DNA of 64,000 bases. Source: Octopus sinensis (taxonomy: Eukaryota). Under the pieces are notes generated by a model. It saw only the letters and a list, made by a program, of their open reading frames with translations, was not told the origin of the DNA and searched no databases. This document shows positions 12,990 through 27,105 of this stretch, piece by piece. The position numbers and the translations under genes were made by a program. How positions within the stretch are numbered: the first letter of the stretch is position 1; the number at the start of each line of letters is the position of its first letter. The stretch is from contig NC_042998.1 in the NCBI RefSeq assembly GCF_006345805.1, positions 124,124,001-124,188,000 of the forward strand, written 5' to 3'.

Positions 12990-12990
<1 letters not shown>
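12735..12990 (-). mobile_element. CR1-like LINE 3' fragment with local inversion
   Basis: [24 protein letters not shown]...[14 protein letters not shown] aligns by eye with the 8.3 and 46.5 kb copies. Confidence 0.75.
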
Positions 12991-13365
<375 letters not shown>

Positions 13366-15916
13366 CGTCCTGCTATCGTTTCAATGATTCATTAAGAATG
13401 ACTTTTTTACTATAGAATTATGCGTTTTCTATATATATCAGTTAGAGGAAGAAGTCAATGTATTTTCAGCCATCCAGGAAAAGGTTCACTTTCTTCTTTC
13501 ATTTTTCTTTTTCTTTTTCTCTCACTCTAACCATGCTGCCAACAATTCACCACACATATATTTACAGGCACATACATACCCACATATATAAACACACATA
13601 CATATACCAATAAACATCCACACATACACGCATATATATACATGTGTGTGTATGTGTGTGTCTGTAAATATATGTTTAAAGTAAGAAAGACAATCACTTA
13701 CCAATTCAATTCTTGCCTTTTTCGACTAGCTCACAAATATATAAAAGTCATGCATATTCTATAAAATGCTATTTCAGATTAATCTAATAAACGAGATGAA
13801 ACCGCTAAATAAATAACTCTCATGAATTCTGACTACCTTTTTTCTCTTAATATATAAAAGGTGTACGTCACTTCAAAGAATCTATATATACATATTTACA
13901 CTCACACAGACGTATATATATATATATATATGTAAACGTGATTTCATCGCCACTCAAATATGTATATTTCATCTTAGACTTTTCTTTAGTATTCGATGAT
14001 GAAATACGTGGGAATTTCATGATTGAACCACTAAATTTCTCATTTTGTTGATAAATGCAACAGTAATTTATTTAAAGGGATTATTTAAATCTATAACAGC
14101 ATATCTTACTCTTCCAAATCCCAATGAATAAAATATGGCGGAAGACGTATTTTAATATGTTTTATTTCTATCAGTAATGTATGGCATTCGGACGGCCCCT
14201 TTGTTTTCAACGCATGCTGAAGAGATAATATTTAAATAGTTTGAACCTATGAATGGAAAACCAATCACAATCACATATTACTACTTGTATATCAGTTAAC
14301 TTTAAAATGCTTGCCACAAACTTAAGTGATTATTGGAAATAAATTTGTATATACTAATTTCAGCGAGGTACTAATCAGGTTAAACGATAGTGAAAAATGC
14401 ATGCGCAGTTTTTGAAGTGGTAATGCATAATAGTAGAGTATTTTTTTTTATTTAGATAACAAATTCGATTTTAGATTTCTATTAAAATCAAATATTTTCT
14501 ATAAATTTATTTCTTCATTTCGTTTTTCCGGTATTTTAATAAATACAAAATATCAGAAATAATGTCAAATATGTTCATATAAAATCCTAAAGGTTTTTAT
14601 AGTTAATAATCCTCAATTTAGTTTAAAGCTGGGTGAAATAGTAATTCTCTAGATGAAAGAATATTTTAATAATGTGAAAACATAAAAACCACTCTGTTAT
14701 CCTACTTTATGCATGTCAGTGAAAATTTGATAAAAAATAAACAAGAATTTTTAATGGAATAGTATTTCTTAAACATTTTTATGAGAATCCATTTGATCCC
14801 CATTGACCAGCTTTTAATTTATTTGGAAATCGTAATTGAATTGCCAAGAGGAAATGTAATATAATTGTTTCGTTTTCTTCGGTAATATTTTACTGGTGCA
14901 GCGAATACTTGCGGTGGATTGTACTGTCTGAATTTCAGTATGTTTGAAACGAAATACACTGTATTACTTTAAAGTTATAGTGGCTCAAATAACTAAGTTA
15001 TTAGAGGTCACGGTCAAACAGTCAATAGACGTTTCTCATCTTCTTTTCGGTACTACATAATGCCGTGGCCAATGTATACAATTATATGCAGTACTGTTTG
15101 AGGATGAACATATAATATTAAAATGAATTTCGTGATCATAGTTTAGAGTTAACCGAAATACATAGAAGTTTTATCTAGTGTAAATGTTTGGCTAGTTTAA
15201 AAATAAGCCATGGAAATATAATCAATATACACATAAAAATTGATATAATTTTTGGGTAGTTCAAGTTTTATATATAATGTCACAATTATTAAAATTTATT
15301 CTAAAGCAAAATTGTATTTAGATAAATGATACATACCGATTCAGCTATTCAAAAGAGGCCATAGTCAAACCTCATGAAGTTGTGTTGTTTCAAAATTTAA
15401 AGACTAAAAGTTGCACCCTATCTGAATATTAAATAGAATTCCTAATAGCCAAATGTGTTTGGTAGGAATTTCGGTTTCATTAATACGTTGACCTCAAAAA
15501 TATGTTTAATTTACTTCGACTTGATAAAATCCTGATTTATTGTATTTGTTTAACGTTATTTCTGGAATGTTCTACAAACTATTTAAACCTAGATTATTCC
15601 AATTCTCTGGTACGTACGTCTATAATAACTTGATATCGATCATTAATTTCGATATTCAATTCTACAAAAATGACGGACCAATAATTAGATATGGTTGAAG
15701 CTGGTGTGTTATTTCTCATCAAATGATGCAACTATATTTCTAGCAAATAATTCTCTGGATCGAATTCCCATCACTTTATCTAAAAAAAATTTAATCAAAA
15801 CACATGAAACGAAATGGCTTAAACTAGGGATCTAACTAACTAATCAACTCCTACATAGCTGTGAATAGAGTGTTTAATGAAATGCTATCCTAATATGAAA
15901 TATATTTTCCTTCACA

Positions 15917-15967
<51 letters not shown>

Positions 15968-16616
15968 TTTCCCTCTGTCTCTCGTATGTATGAGATTATA
16001 TATATATAATTTCATTCATATATATACATATTATATGTCATAAAATGCATTCAATTTATTGGCTCTAACACGACAGAAATCTTCAAAGGCGCAGACAGAC
16101 TATAGAGTTGGTTCTTGCATTCATTCTATATATGTTGTAAAGTATATTTATTCAACTCTGATGCACAAGATTACAAAATCTACTTGTAGCAGTAAGGGAT
16201 TTCATTTTCTATATACTATATTGTGTCCAGGAAAAAGTTATTAAATTGGCTGTGCTGTACCAGTTTCAGCAATAGAGAAACAAAGTCGTCAGTATATTTG
16301 CGTTTGGTTCGAAAAGTATTGTCTCGGAAATATATATAGAAAAGAAAAACAAAATAAATATGCCCTGTAACGTAAGGACAAGTGCATTTATATATTTCAT
16401 TTTCTGTGGCTTAATATACCTATCGTCTTGAAAATAACGATGTCACCGTTGAAAGGAGAAGACACACAGAATTGACTTGTCTGTATTTGACATTCAGTAG
16501 TGTACACACATAGCAAATACTTTGTGTAGAGCGGCATATGCCACGGAAATAATATAATGTTTGTGAAACTCCCAATAACTATTATAAGTGGAATAATATG
16601 TAAAAAAAAAACCATA

Positions 16617-17000
16617 GGCGCAGGAGTATCTTGCTTACGAACTACATGGTTCTGGGTTCAGTCCCACTGCATGGCACCTTGGGCAAGTGTCTTCTACTAT
16701 AGCCTCGGGCCGACCAAAGCCTTGTGAGTGGATTTGGTAGACGGAAACTGAAAGAAGCCTGTCGTGTATATGTATATATATGTGTGTGTGTGCGTGTATG
16801 TTTGCGTATCTGTGTTTGTCCCTCTAGCATTGCTTGACAACCGATGCTGGTGTGTCTATGTCCCCGCCACTTAGCGGTTCGGCAAAAGAGACCGATAGAG
16901 TAAGTACTGGGCTTACAAAGAATAAGTCTCGGGGTCGAGTTGCTCGATTAAAGGCGGTGCTCCAGCATGGCCGCAGTCAATGACTGAAACAAGTAAAAGA
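16617..17000 (+). mobile_element. tRNA-derived SINE, family B (small deletion in head)
   Basis: Near-identical to 21406-21820, with an internal (TA)/(TG) tract and tail GGCGGTGCTCCAGCATGGCCGCAGTCAATGACTGAAACAAGTAAAAGA. Confidence 0.92.
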
Positions 17001-17298
17001 AAAAAAAAATTTTTTTTAATAAATAAAATAAATTTTTTTTTTTTAAATCTGTTCTTCTAAACATATTTCTTGGGAGCATTAATATGAGAATAATTTGATA
17101 ATTAAATTCTGGTAATAATTTCATAATTACGTACATTCTCGTCATTTTTTGTGGCTCGCTTTTGAAGGTAACAGAATTCTTTCTTTAAATGTTTGTTGAT
17201 TGGCTTGTCTGAGATAAAAAAAATAAAGGTAATGGACTATAGCGTTATTTTAGAGAGAAATTTATTGATTTATGATAAATAACACAGTATCACAGTAT

Positions 17299-17590
17299 CG
17301 ACCAGGCCATCAGATGTTGTTATACACAAATGGCTACAATACGCTTCAAATTCTGTCTTGATTGCGCCATTCTTTCCTATCTTTTTATTGTTGTGTGTGT
17401 GTGGGGGGGAACCTTTCAAGTGGCCTTTTCCGACTTCTTGCATCCACTCGGCAACTGTATGTGTCCACCTGTTGTCTGCGAACCCTGCAACATGTCCAAC
17501 CCAGCCGAAATTGTGATTTCAGTATTCTGCTATCACATTGGGCACTCCGTCCCGCTCTCCTCTTATCTCATTTCAAATGTGGTCTCTTAG
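17299..17590 (-). mobile_element. RTE-clade LINE 3' fragment
   Basis: Frameshifted translation gives ...WVGHVAGFADNRWTHTVAEW...KRP, the RTE WAGHVAR..DNRWT...W...KRP pattern, followed by a short 3' UTR. Confidence 0.75.
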
Positions 17591-17597
17591 TAATATC

Positions 17598-17962
17598 CCT
17601 TGCATGGCACCTTGGGCAAGTGTCTTCTACTATAGCTTCGGGCCGACCAAAGCCTTGTGAGTGGATTTAGTAGACAGAAACTGAAAGAAGCCCGTCGTAT
17701 ATATGTATATATATACATATATATATATATGCGTGTGTGTGTGTGTGATGTATGTTTGTGTGTCTGTACCCCTAACATCACTTGATAACTGATGCTGGTG
17801 TGTTTACGTCCCCGTAACTTAGCGGTTCGGCAAAAGAGATCGATATAATAAGTACTAGTCTTCCAAAGAATAAGTCCTGGGGTCGATTTGCTCGAATAAA
17901 TGCGGTGCTCCAGCATGGCCGCAGTCAAATGACTGAAACAAGTAAAAGGGTAAAAGAGTAAA
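17598..17962 (+). mobile_element. SINE family B, 5'-truncated
   Basis: Matches 21460-21820. Ends in tandem GTAAAAG(A/G) repeats. Confidence 0.92.
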
Positions 17963-18244
17963 ATAGAGAGGCCACAAAATCTGTGAAATCGGCCTTAAGA
18001 ACTTATGGATCGAGAAAGAACTTACATCCTTTGTTTTATGTACTACCTAGTGAAGCCTTCAATGTCTTTTTATAAAGTACTTGTACATATCTGGTTTCAT
18101 TACCATATACGATAATCTCTCAGCATATCTCGGTTCAGCTACAATAGTTTACTATTTAAGCTTACGTTGATTCCTCCGTGGTCTTCTTTTGCATTTATAA
18201 TAAAATAGATATATACAAATTACAAAAATAATAAGAAATATACA

Positions 18245-18337
18245 GTACAATACTGTCTCTACTTCGCAGATTCTCACCTTTCACGGGGTGCGGGCTTGGA
18301 ACTCAACAGCCGAGATAGTCGAGGTATTACTGTATAT
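18245..18337 (-). mobile_element. Possible Tigger/pogo-like MITE terminus
   Basis: Minus strand starts TA|CAGTAATACCTCGACTATC, which resembles pogo/Tigger TIRs. Partner TIR not found. Confidence 0.35.
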
Positions 18338-19645
18338 CAATATATGTGTGCATACATACACACGCGTCACACATACATACACACGCACGTACACACGCAC
18401 AAACACACGCACAAACACACTCAGACATCAACACACCCATTCACACACACACGACGAGTCAGTAATACACGCAAAACTTGTATATGCATACACTTGTGTA
18501 TACACACACACACGTACGAATATATGTATAAATGTAAGCATGTGTGTGTATGGGTGTGTACGGTTTATATGGGTGGCGTGTTCGCAATTTGTGTGCACGC
18601 GTATGCGCGAGCCCATGCGTATAACTACGTGTGTGCATGTGTATTTAAAAGGATGCATTCTAAATGCATTGATATTCCAATTTTCATTAATTTAAAGTAA
18701 GACGTTCACCGATTAGTCTTGCTGGGTTAAATGCATTTTACTCCATTCTTATACGATAACGAGTTAAGAGTAAAAATAACACTTTGCTAGACAGGAAATT
18801 CAATGAAAGTGTTCTCTTTACTATTCACTACCATACGCGCTACATTTGTGGACTGCGATAACCATTAAACATATCAGACCAGAAAATGCTACTGGAATAG
18901 TCTTACCACGATTACATATCCATAAATCGATAAATTCCGTGACAACTTCAAGACGTTTAGCTCAAAACTTACCATTCGGATTAAAATCAGCGAAACTGCA
19001 ATAACATTTCCGTAATTCTGTAGAGTTTTAATAGTCTTGTGATCTAACATAGATCTGTCAAAGATACTGCTTCAACATAACAGCAACGACCTTTTGAATT
19101 ATATTGTTAGAATGAATATATCTATGCGGCTTTACAAGGAGACCTCTGAAACTTAAAATCATGATTTTTAGATAGTTACTGGATTACAGTTTCATATATC
19201 CTATGTGAGATTGCTTAAGATTATATTAATATACAAAATAATCCCCTATTTCGAAAATACATTAGGCTAAGTGATATGGAGATTAAAATATGGCTGTTAA
19301 CTTCGACCAAGAATGATAAGTTCCGTAAATTTGTGTATATTTCTCAGATGGTTAGGAAGTAATTTAGCTAGTACTGTAGGCAATGACTGTGTTACCGAAC
19401 GGAAATGAGATTTATGTTTTTTAGTATACAGTACGAAACAGGTAATCTTTCAATTAGTATGATAACTCAATGCGAGAAATATATTTATGCTTATACACAC
19501 ATGCACTCATACATACTGAGACTCTCACACACATACGCAAACACAAAATAGTTTAACAACAGATGAGAAGTACCTTATAAAGGAAAGAAATTTTGTCTAT
19601 GATAGTACAAAATATATGCATACACATTCATACGCACATATATGT

Positions 19646-19684
<39 letters not shown>

Positions 19685-20026
19685 CATGACTGATCTTGAT
19701 TATTGAGATTACCTTAAAAATTTTTATCTTTATTCCTCTAGCGCCGCCATCAGAACATTATTTTCACAATGTGCAGATTATATCACCAACGTTGCCCGAA
19801 GAATCTTAATATTAGATTCAGAATTCATCCAAGGTTGAATGGATGAATTCACAATTCACAATTCAGGATCACAGCATATAAATTCCCAGCAACACAATTT
19901 CTTTTCGTCAACAGGTCATATTTTGGTTGCAATTATCCCAAAACACATCAATCTGTGGGTGAAACATATCTAATTCATCTAAGTTAAATTATCGTTCACT
20001 TGAACATAAGTCCGAAAAAAGCACAC

Positions 20027-20078
<52 letters not shown>

Positions 20079-20236
20079 ACGTTGAAGTCAACAAAGTTTA
20101 CTTTAGAAGCATTGAGATTTATTGAAAGATACAGATAAGGAAATAATCTTATTCTCAAACGCAGGATAATGCTAATAATATAGCATGAATAGAATAAATT
20201 ATCCATATTTTCAGAAAAATCTGTCGGCGGCCAGCC

Positions 20237-20279
<43 letters not shown>

Positions 20280-20937
20280 TTGTAAAATGAAGTCCAACAA
20301 CAAATCTACGATATAATGTGTATTACGCCATGAAGTCTACGGATCTTTTTACAGAGAGACATGCCGTACTTGAGGTGCAAAACTGACAATATATTTAAAC
20401 GCTTTAAACAATATCATACCCTGACACAAATGCTGACACTTCATTACATTATACACTGCAATCCACCCTCATCAACTTTGTGAGATAAAATTTATGTGCG
20501 ATCCTCATGCAAAATACCACCTGAACCAATTTGTTTACTTAATGCATATCTAATGAATATTGTGTGTTTTCATTATTTGTAATCAGTATGTATTTTATTT
20601 CACGAAATTCATTAACATTCTTAAGGAATACATATAAGACCATAATAATTCATAAATATAAACTAATCATTTATTTATAAATATATACATCTGTTTACCT
20701 TTATGTATACGTATGAATATCTGTCTCGTATATACACAAATTTGTGTAAATATGTGCATTACAACTTAGTTTATATTTATGAATCATTATGGTCTTATAT
20801 GTATTCTTTAAGAATATCATTACCGATGAAGCGAATCGGCACAATCCTTAGAGCGACTGATAGAAAACTTCACCTTCTCTATTTTTATACTGTAAGGCTT
20901 AAGTTTAAATTTCGTTTTGTCGAATATTAATGACGGA

Positions 20938-21146
20938 AAGGCGGCGAGCTGGCAAAAACGTTAGCACGCCGGGCGAAATGCTTTGCTGTATTTCGTCTGT
21001 CTTTAAGTTCTGATTTCAAAAGCCGCCGAGGTCGACTTTGCCTTTCATGGTCGATAAATTAAGTACCAATTGCGTACTAGAGACGATCTAATCGACTGGC
21101 CTCTTTCTTCAAAAATTTCGGTCCTTGTGCCTAGAGTAGAAAAGAA
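20938..21146 (+). mobile_element. tRNA-derived SINE, family C
   Basis: Head AAGGCGGCGAGCTGGCA..CGTTAGCACGCCGGGCGAAATGC, B-box-like TTCAAA, central GAGGTCGACTTTGCCTTTCAT. Copies at 42.0 and 53.4 kb. Confidence 0.88.
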
Positions 21147-21405
21147 TATCAATGACGGAGGAGTGGTAGTACTGTTGACCAGTCGGAAAAGAAGCTTCAC
21201 ATTACGCAGTCACGACGCTTTACAGTTCGAGTTCAAATTTCGTCGAAGCCAAAATTCATTCCCATCTTTTCTTTGTCGCTAAAATAATAACCATTCAAGT
21301 ATTGGCGTCCCATTAATGAACGCCTCCCCGCAAGGCTGTTTGTTTTGTACCTAAATTAACGGCTATTATTAGCCATATCAATAAAATATAGATTTTATTA
21401 ATGTA

Positions 21406-21820
21406 GGCGCAGGAGTGGCTGTGTGGTAAGTAGCTTGCTAACCAGCCACATGGTTCCGGGTTCAGTCCCACTGCGTGACATCTTGGGCAAGTGTCTTCTG
21501 CTATAGCCCCGGGCCGACCAATGCCTTGTGAGTAGATTTGGTAGACGGAAACTGAAAGAAGCCTGTCGTATATATGTATATATATATTTATGTGTGTATG
21601 TGTGTGTATGTTTGTGTGTCTGTGTTTGTCCTCTTAGCATTGCTTGACAACCGATGCTGGTGTGTTTACGTCCCCGTCACTTAGCGGTTCGGCAAAAGAG
21701 ACCGATAGAATAAGTACTGGGCTTACAAAGAATAAGTCCCGGGGTCGATTTGCTCGACTAAAGGCGGTGCTCCAGCATGGCCGCAGTCAAATGACTGAAA
21801 CAAGTAAAAGAGTAAAGAGT
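21406..21820 (+). mobile_element. Full-length tRNA-derived SINE, family B
   Basis: A box TGGCTGTGTGG, B-box-like GGTTCAGTCCC, internal microsatellite, CR1-like tail, AGTAAAAG repeats. Confidence 0.93.
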
Positions 21821-21844
21821 ATACTAACGCTGAAAATTGAATGA

Positions 21845-22000
21845 CTCGTTAGAATGTTGGGCAAAATATTTGCACTTGATTTTGTTCTTTACATTCGATG
21901 TTCAAATTCCATTGAGTTCAACTTAACTATTCATCCTTTTATTATTGATAAAATAAAGTACATGTTAAGCACTGGGGACGATTAAATCGACTAACAAACA
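21845..22000 (+). mobile_element. Old, decayed SINE family C copy
   Basis: Residual GTTCAAATTCC...TTCATCCTTT...GATAAAATAAAGTAC...CTGGGGACGATTAAATCGACT. Confidence 0.6.
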
Positions 22001-22870
22001 CCCAGGATAATAGCTGGCACTGTGCCAAAATAAAAAATTAATTATACCAATATTCTTATATTTCTATCTTGAATGCGCACTTCACATGATCATATAGTTG
22101 TTACAACCATTTAAATTTTAATCTTAATTTATTACCCTCTAACTTCCTAACTTTAATTTCCGATATTGTCAAATATTAAATTGTGAATTATTTATATAAA
22201 CTGTCAACTTCTAAATTGCAAAATATTTATATAAAATGATTACTTTATAAAATCGATTTCAATGCAAATACCAATACAAATATCATATAATGAACAGCCA
22301 TTGCAAAACACACACTATGATTACTATTGGTACGTTGGAGCTCAATTAAATACTACGAATTGACAAATAATAAATGAAATTATTAAAACTGACTGAGCGA
22401 AAGAGAATGTTCATATGTTTGAAATTTACTCTATGAAACAAATCCTCCTCTCCCTTATTGTGACACTACAAAATAACTGTTTCATTGAAAAATGACTAAC
22501 ACGTGTACATTAATTACATTTCAATAAACATCATTGCCATTACATAAGAGAATTTACCACACATACTGTAACGTTTATCTAATTCCTAATAAGTCTTACA
22601 TAATACTAAATAATGAGTCAACATCAGTATTTCAAACTTCGAATAGCAACAATTACATTTCCCAATGGACGCGTGTTTGAGTATGTACCGGAGAGAGAGA
22701 GGGAGAAAGTAAGAAATTGAGTGAAAGTGAGAGAGAGTGGAGAGAGAGAGAAATATAAAAAGGAAGACAGTGAAAGTGAGAGAATGTGTGTGTGAGAGAG
22801 AGAGAGATTGTAAGTTTATATTAAAATTATATGCAATATGTGAAGTAATAGTATTAGAATTATGTGTGCG

Positions 22871-22911
<41 letters not shown>

Positions 22912-24289
22912 TGTGTGTGCGTGAGCGTGCGCGTGTGTAGACGTAGAGCTTCTCAGGATATGGAAATGACATACAGAATTATATATTTCTGACAAAAAAT
23001 TGTTATTAGAGAACATAAAGAGAGAGAGAATGAATTATTACAAATAAATACAGGATAAGTTAAGTCGATAAGCTGTTTCACAGATTAAAGATTTGGCTTT
23101 TACATTTAGCATACATTCGAGTCAAAACTACTCTACAAATTGATTACTGGTAGGTTATTTGGCCAGTTGTATTGAGTCCTCTCTGAGCATTATTATAAAC
23201 GTGCGATCAATGTTAATGACACGTTTCCTTCAAACACTAACTGGTTTCGTTGAAGTATGGCGTACTGTTTAGCTCACAAATTATGATGTGTGGGGATTTG
23301 TAAAAGAGCTGGAAAATTTTGGAGTTAGCGTATTTATTCTCTATATATGTATGAAAAGGAAACGAAGAGATAGCAGTTGGGACACTTAGAAATACCTGGT
23401 TGAATGTATCTTGAGATGAAAAATATACTAAACAGAATGCGTGATAGATATAATTGTATCTCTTTTCAATGATGGAAATCGAGCCACAGAAGAGCCAGTC
23501 TCAGGTCGTATCTTTCTTGAACAGAGTAAAAATTACGAAGGAAAATATATTGAAGCCGTCGAGTAGCAGGATGTAATGTGAAAAGAGAAAAACAAATAAT
23601 GCCTTCTCCGGAGTGCGTTATAAAGCATGAGTGCAGCACTTCGGTCTGTGGATTGAGCCCATTGCAAGGCAGAAACATTGTAACCAACATCTTGAAAGTA
23701 ACAACAGGAAAGAAAAAAATGTTATTTGCTTGATTTACAACAGAGCCCATGTTTGTTTGTATAGCGGGGACGGAGACTGAGTAATTGTATAAATGAATGG
23801 ACAGCTTTGGCAGGAGTCAGACTCAAGAAAGGGAAGTCGTGATATAAGTTATGTAGTACATACGTGATACTGAAAGTTAAAATTTATCGAAAAATATAGA
23901 TATATCTAGGCTGGAATTATCAGAATGGAGCAAAAACCCAATTCATTTTAGAAATCGTTGGATTATCATATGAGAGGTGCGAGGTATTCATTGATGAGTG
24001 TAGAGACATGAATATAGAGACAAGAATATAGTAAAAGTGTAACGGATCGGTCAACACTGTACAGCAGGTGAAAATTTGAATTTTAACTAGTGAATAAGTT
24101 AGTATCATAAGGACATATAATAATGCTCATGGGTACCACATTCAATTGTTCATTAGATGAGATGAAATCTGAGGTATAAATATTACAAAGGGGTGTAGAA
24201 GTGCATTTATATCTAGTTCATTTGAAGTATGAAGAATACGAAAAACCTATTTGAGTACTAAGAAGTAAAAGTTGAGGTGAGTATGTATG

Positions 24290-24530
<241 letters not shown>

Positions 24531-24540
24531 TATATGTATA

Positions 24541-24884
24541 TATGGGTACAGGACGTCACCAACAGTAAACAACATGGAATACGAAAACAAATGAGTTCAA
24601 TACGCAAACAACGAGAGAAACAAATCGAGAACACGACAAGTAACATAAAGAACGACTCTTCATCAGTTGTCGGCTGCCTCTCTACTCCTCATTTCGAGCA
24701 TTGAACGACAATATGAGTCTTCGGACACAGTTTCTCTCATAAGTACCAAAATAAAATTTAGGATTTATGCGGGTCAAATTTGGGAATAAGAACAGGACAG
24801 TGGAGACACACAAGGAAACCGAACGAAAGCAAATATGGAGGGTCGTCAGACCAGAAGGAGGGTAAAATAGCGAACGCTGAAGTA

Positions 24885-24895
<11 letters not shown>
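24541..24895 (-). mobile_element. Short non-coding PLE-like terminal repeat (related to 63.6-64.0 kb)
   Basis: Flanked by (TA)n on both sides. Shares GTCCTGTAC end and CTGA(T/A)GAAG motif with the 63.6-kb copy. Confidence 0.5.
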
Positions 24896-24924
<29 letters not shown>

Positions 24925-24928
24925 ACAA

Positions 24929-25150
24929 AGGGTAAAATTAATTAATTAAGAAGTAATCAGTAATTTCACCAAGTAGAATTCGGTATGAAAAAGACCATTT
25001 CATGGTAAGGTTGCCTGCGTGGATTGTTTTCAAGTACTTTGGTTTTCCTGGGAGCCCCTTTTAAAGAAGAAGGAATAGCTAAGATTTTTTGACTGCTATT
25101 TCTAAACTTCGGTATGTGGTGAAGCAAATCTTTGCTGAACCCTAATTATA
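24929..25150. mobile_element. Diverged relative of the 26.3-27.4 kb repeat, with an internal inversion junction
   Basis: 24929-25010 matches 26830-26900 in direct orientation. 25011-25150 matches the inverted arm 27165-27300. Confidence 0.75.
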
Positions 25151-25152
25151 AA

Positions 25153-25186
<34 letters not shown>

Positions 25187-26225
25187 ACACACTTTGTTTT
25201 TCCTGTCTCTCTTACATTTTCATTTATAAAAGTACCTTCGTGCTTGAAACTTTAAAAAAGATAATGAATAAATTATTTGTTACTTAAAACTGCATTGCTG
25301 GTGCTTTCAAATATGCTCACTTTCATCGACACAATACTAAAAAATAATTTCAAAAAACTATTTCGTAAAGCTTCTTCAAGTACTGGAACAATCTTGAGGA
25401 AATACGTATATTCAGTTAACCGACTAATTTTAAGATATTCTGTGGAAATTATTAATAAGTGCATCTAATAGCTAGTTTGTATATGCATATGTATGTAGAA
25501 CGTGAATGTGTGAGTGCTTGTTTGTTTTGCTTTTGTTTTTCTTTTCCACTGCATTGTTTTGGATAGGGAACACTGAAAACATAATTTAAAACATGACGTC
25601 TAAAATACACTGTTTTAAAACAATTGTCGCTATAAAGGCCTTTCTATGAAAGTGAGTATGATTGTGCGTGCTCGCGTGTTTGTGTCTATGTTTGTTTGTG
25701 CGTCTGAGTGAGTGTATGTTTTGTATGTTTATACAATCATTTCTTTGTATCAGTGGATAAGATCCATATTCACGCTTGAAAAGTCTTTTACACAATGTCA
25801 TAAGAAGTTATTGTCGTCCATCACATACCCCCATGCATTTGTAGATATTATGCTAGGATAATGGCATTTTTCGTACCGTAATGAAGAAAACTCATACGCA
25901 GAAGGAATAATGGTTAAAAGAAGAAAAAATAGTTTTATATTTGAGGGTAAATATGTATTCACGTGTGTAGTATCGTTAGCTTCTATGTTTACTTTTGATA
26001 AAGAGAAGTTTACATTAATCTGAAGGGTTACACTATAATTTGGGGTTATGATTACAACTCTCTATCACAACTCAACTAATTACCAAACCGCTCAAACTCG
26101 TATACCCGTTGAAAATATCATCACAACAGAGACTACAGATTAACTTCAATGCATTGCAAATCTACAGTGGGTTAACTGGCTGATATTTCGAAAGCAGTGT
26201 GAATAGTTTTGTTTAAGAATGATAC

Positions 26226-26321
<96 letters not shown>

Positions 26322-26526
26322 ATATATATATAATATATATATACTAAGTAATTAAGGGTTTAGCAACGATTTGCCTCACCACACACCGAATTTAGAAATA
26401 GCAGTCAAAGAGTTATAGCTATTCTTTCTACTAAAAGGGAGATCTCAGTAAAACCACAGCACTTGAAAGGCAAACACAGACAGGCAAGAGAAAAAGAAAT
26501 GACGGCAATCTATCATACAATTTTAA

Positions 26527-26617
26527 GTCACCTACGTTTCGAAATTAAGTTTTAGGAAAGCATAAGAATTAGATAATTATGTCTTACCCAACTTCTTTTC
26601 TCATCAGCGTAGGACAC
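26527..26617 (-). ncRNA. Type I hammerhead ribozyme motif (copy A; lacks 8 nt containing the GUC site)
   Basis: Minus strand: CCTACG-CTGATGA-GAAAAGAAGTT...AACTTAATTTC-GAAA-CGTAGG. Canonical CUGAUGA and GAAA, with stem II closed by G-C. Confidence 0.75.
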
Positions 26618-27105
26618 TACAATTATGAATAATTGTATATTAAATTTCGAGGTACTAGAAGGCATCATCTCAACTCAGTATCAGAGCGAGCTAAAGCCGT
26701 TACCAGTATCACCAAATTCAAAGTGTGAATGAAAGTTTGTGTCACCAACCCCCTCCCACCAGCGTGCAGCCAAGACAAGATGTTGTGGTCATTTACTGGG
26801 ATGAAATATGGTTATCAGTAATAATATAGGGTGAAATTAATTAATTTGGAATAATCATTAATTTCACCAAGTAGATTTCGGCATGTAAAAGCCTCATTCG
26901 AGGAAAGTTTAACTAATACTAAGTAATTAAGGGTTTAGCAACGATTTGCCTCACCACACACCGAATTTAGAAATAGCAGTCAAAGAGTTATAGCTATTCT
27001 TTCTACTAAAAGGGAGATCTCAGTAAAACCACAGCACTTGAAAGGCAAACACAGACAGGCAAGAGAGAAAGAAATGACGGCAATCTATCATACAATTTTA
27101 AGTCA

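Noticed and set aside
14131-14146. YY1-like AAATATGGCGG and ATG
   Set aside because: Isolated motif, stop after 6 codons, no supporting promoter context.
18270-18323. 54-nt plus-strand exon-like segment (cgcag|...|gtatta)
   Set aside because: It overlaps a Tigger/pogo-like terminal sequence on the other strand, and no protein similarity was recognised.
24216-24281. Perfect GAG|GTGAGT donor
   Set aside because: All three frames from the nearest acceptor contain stops.
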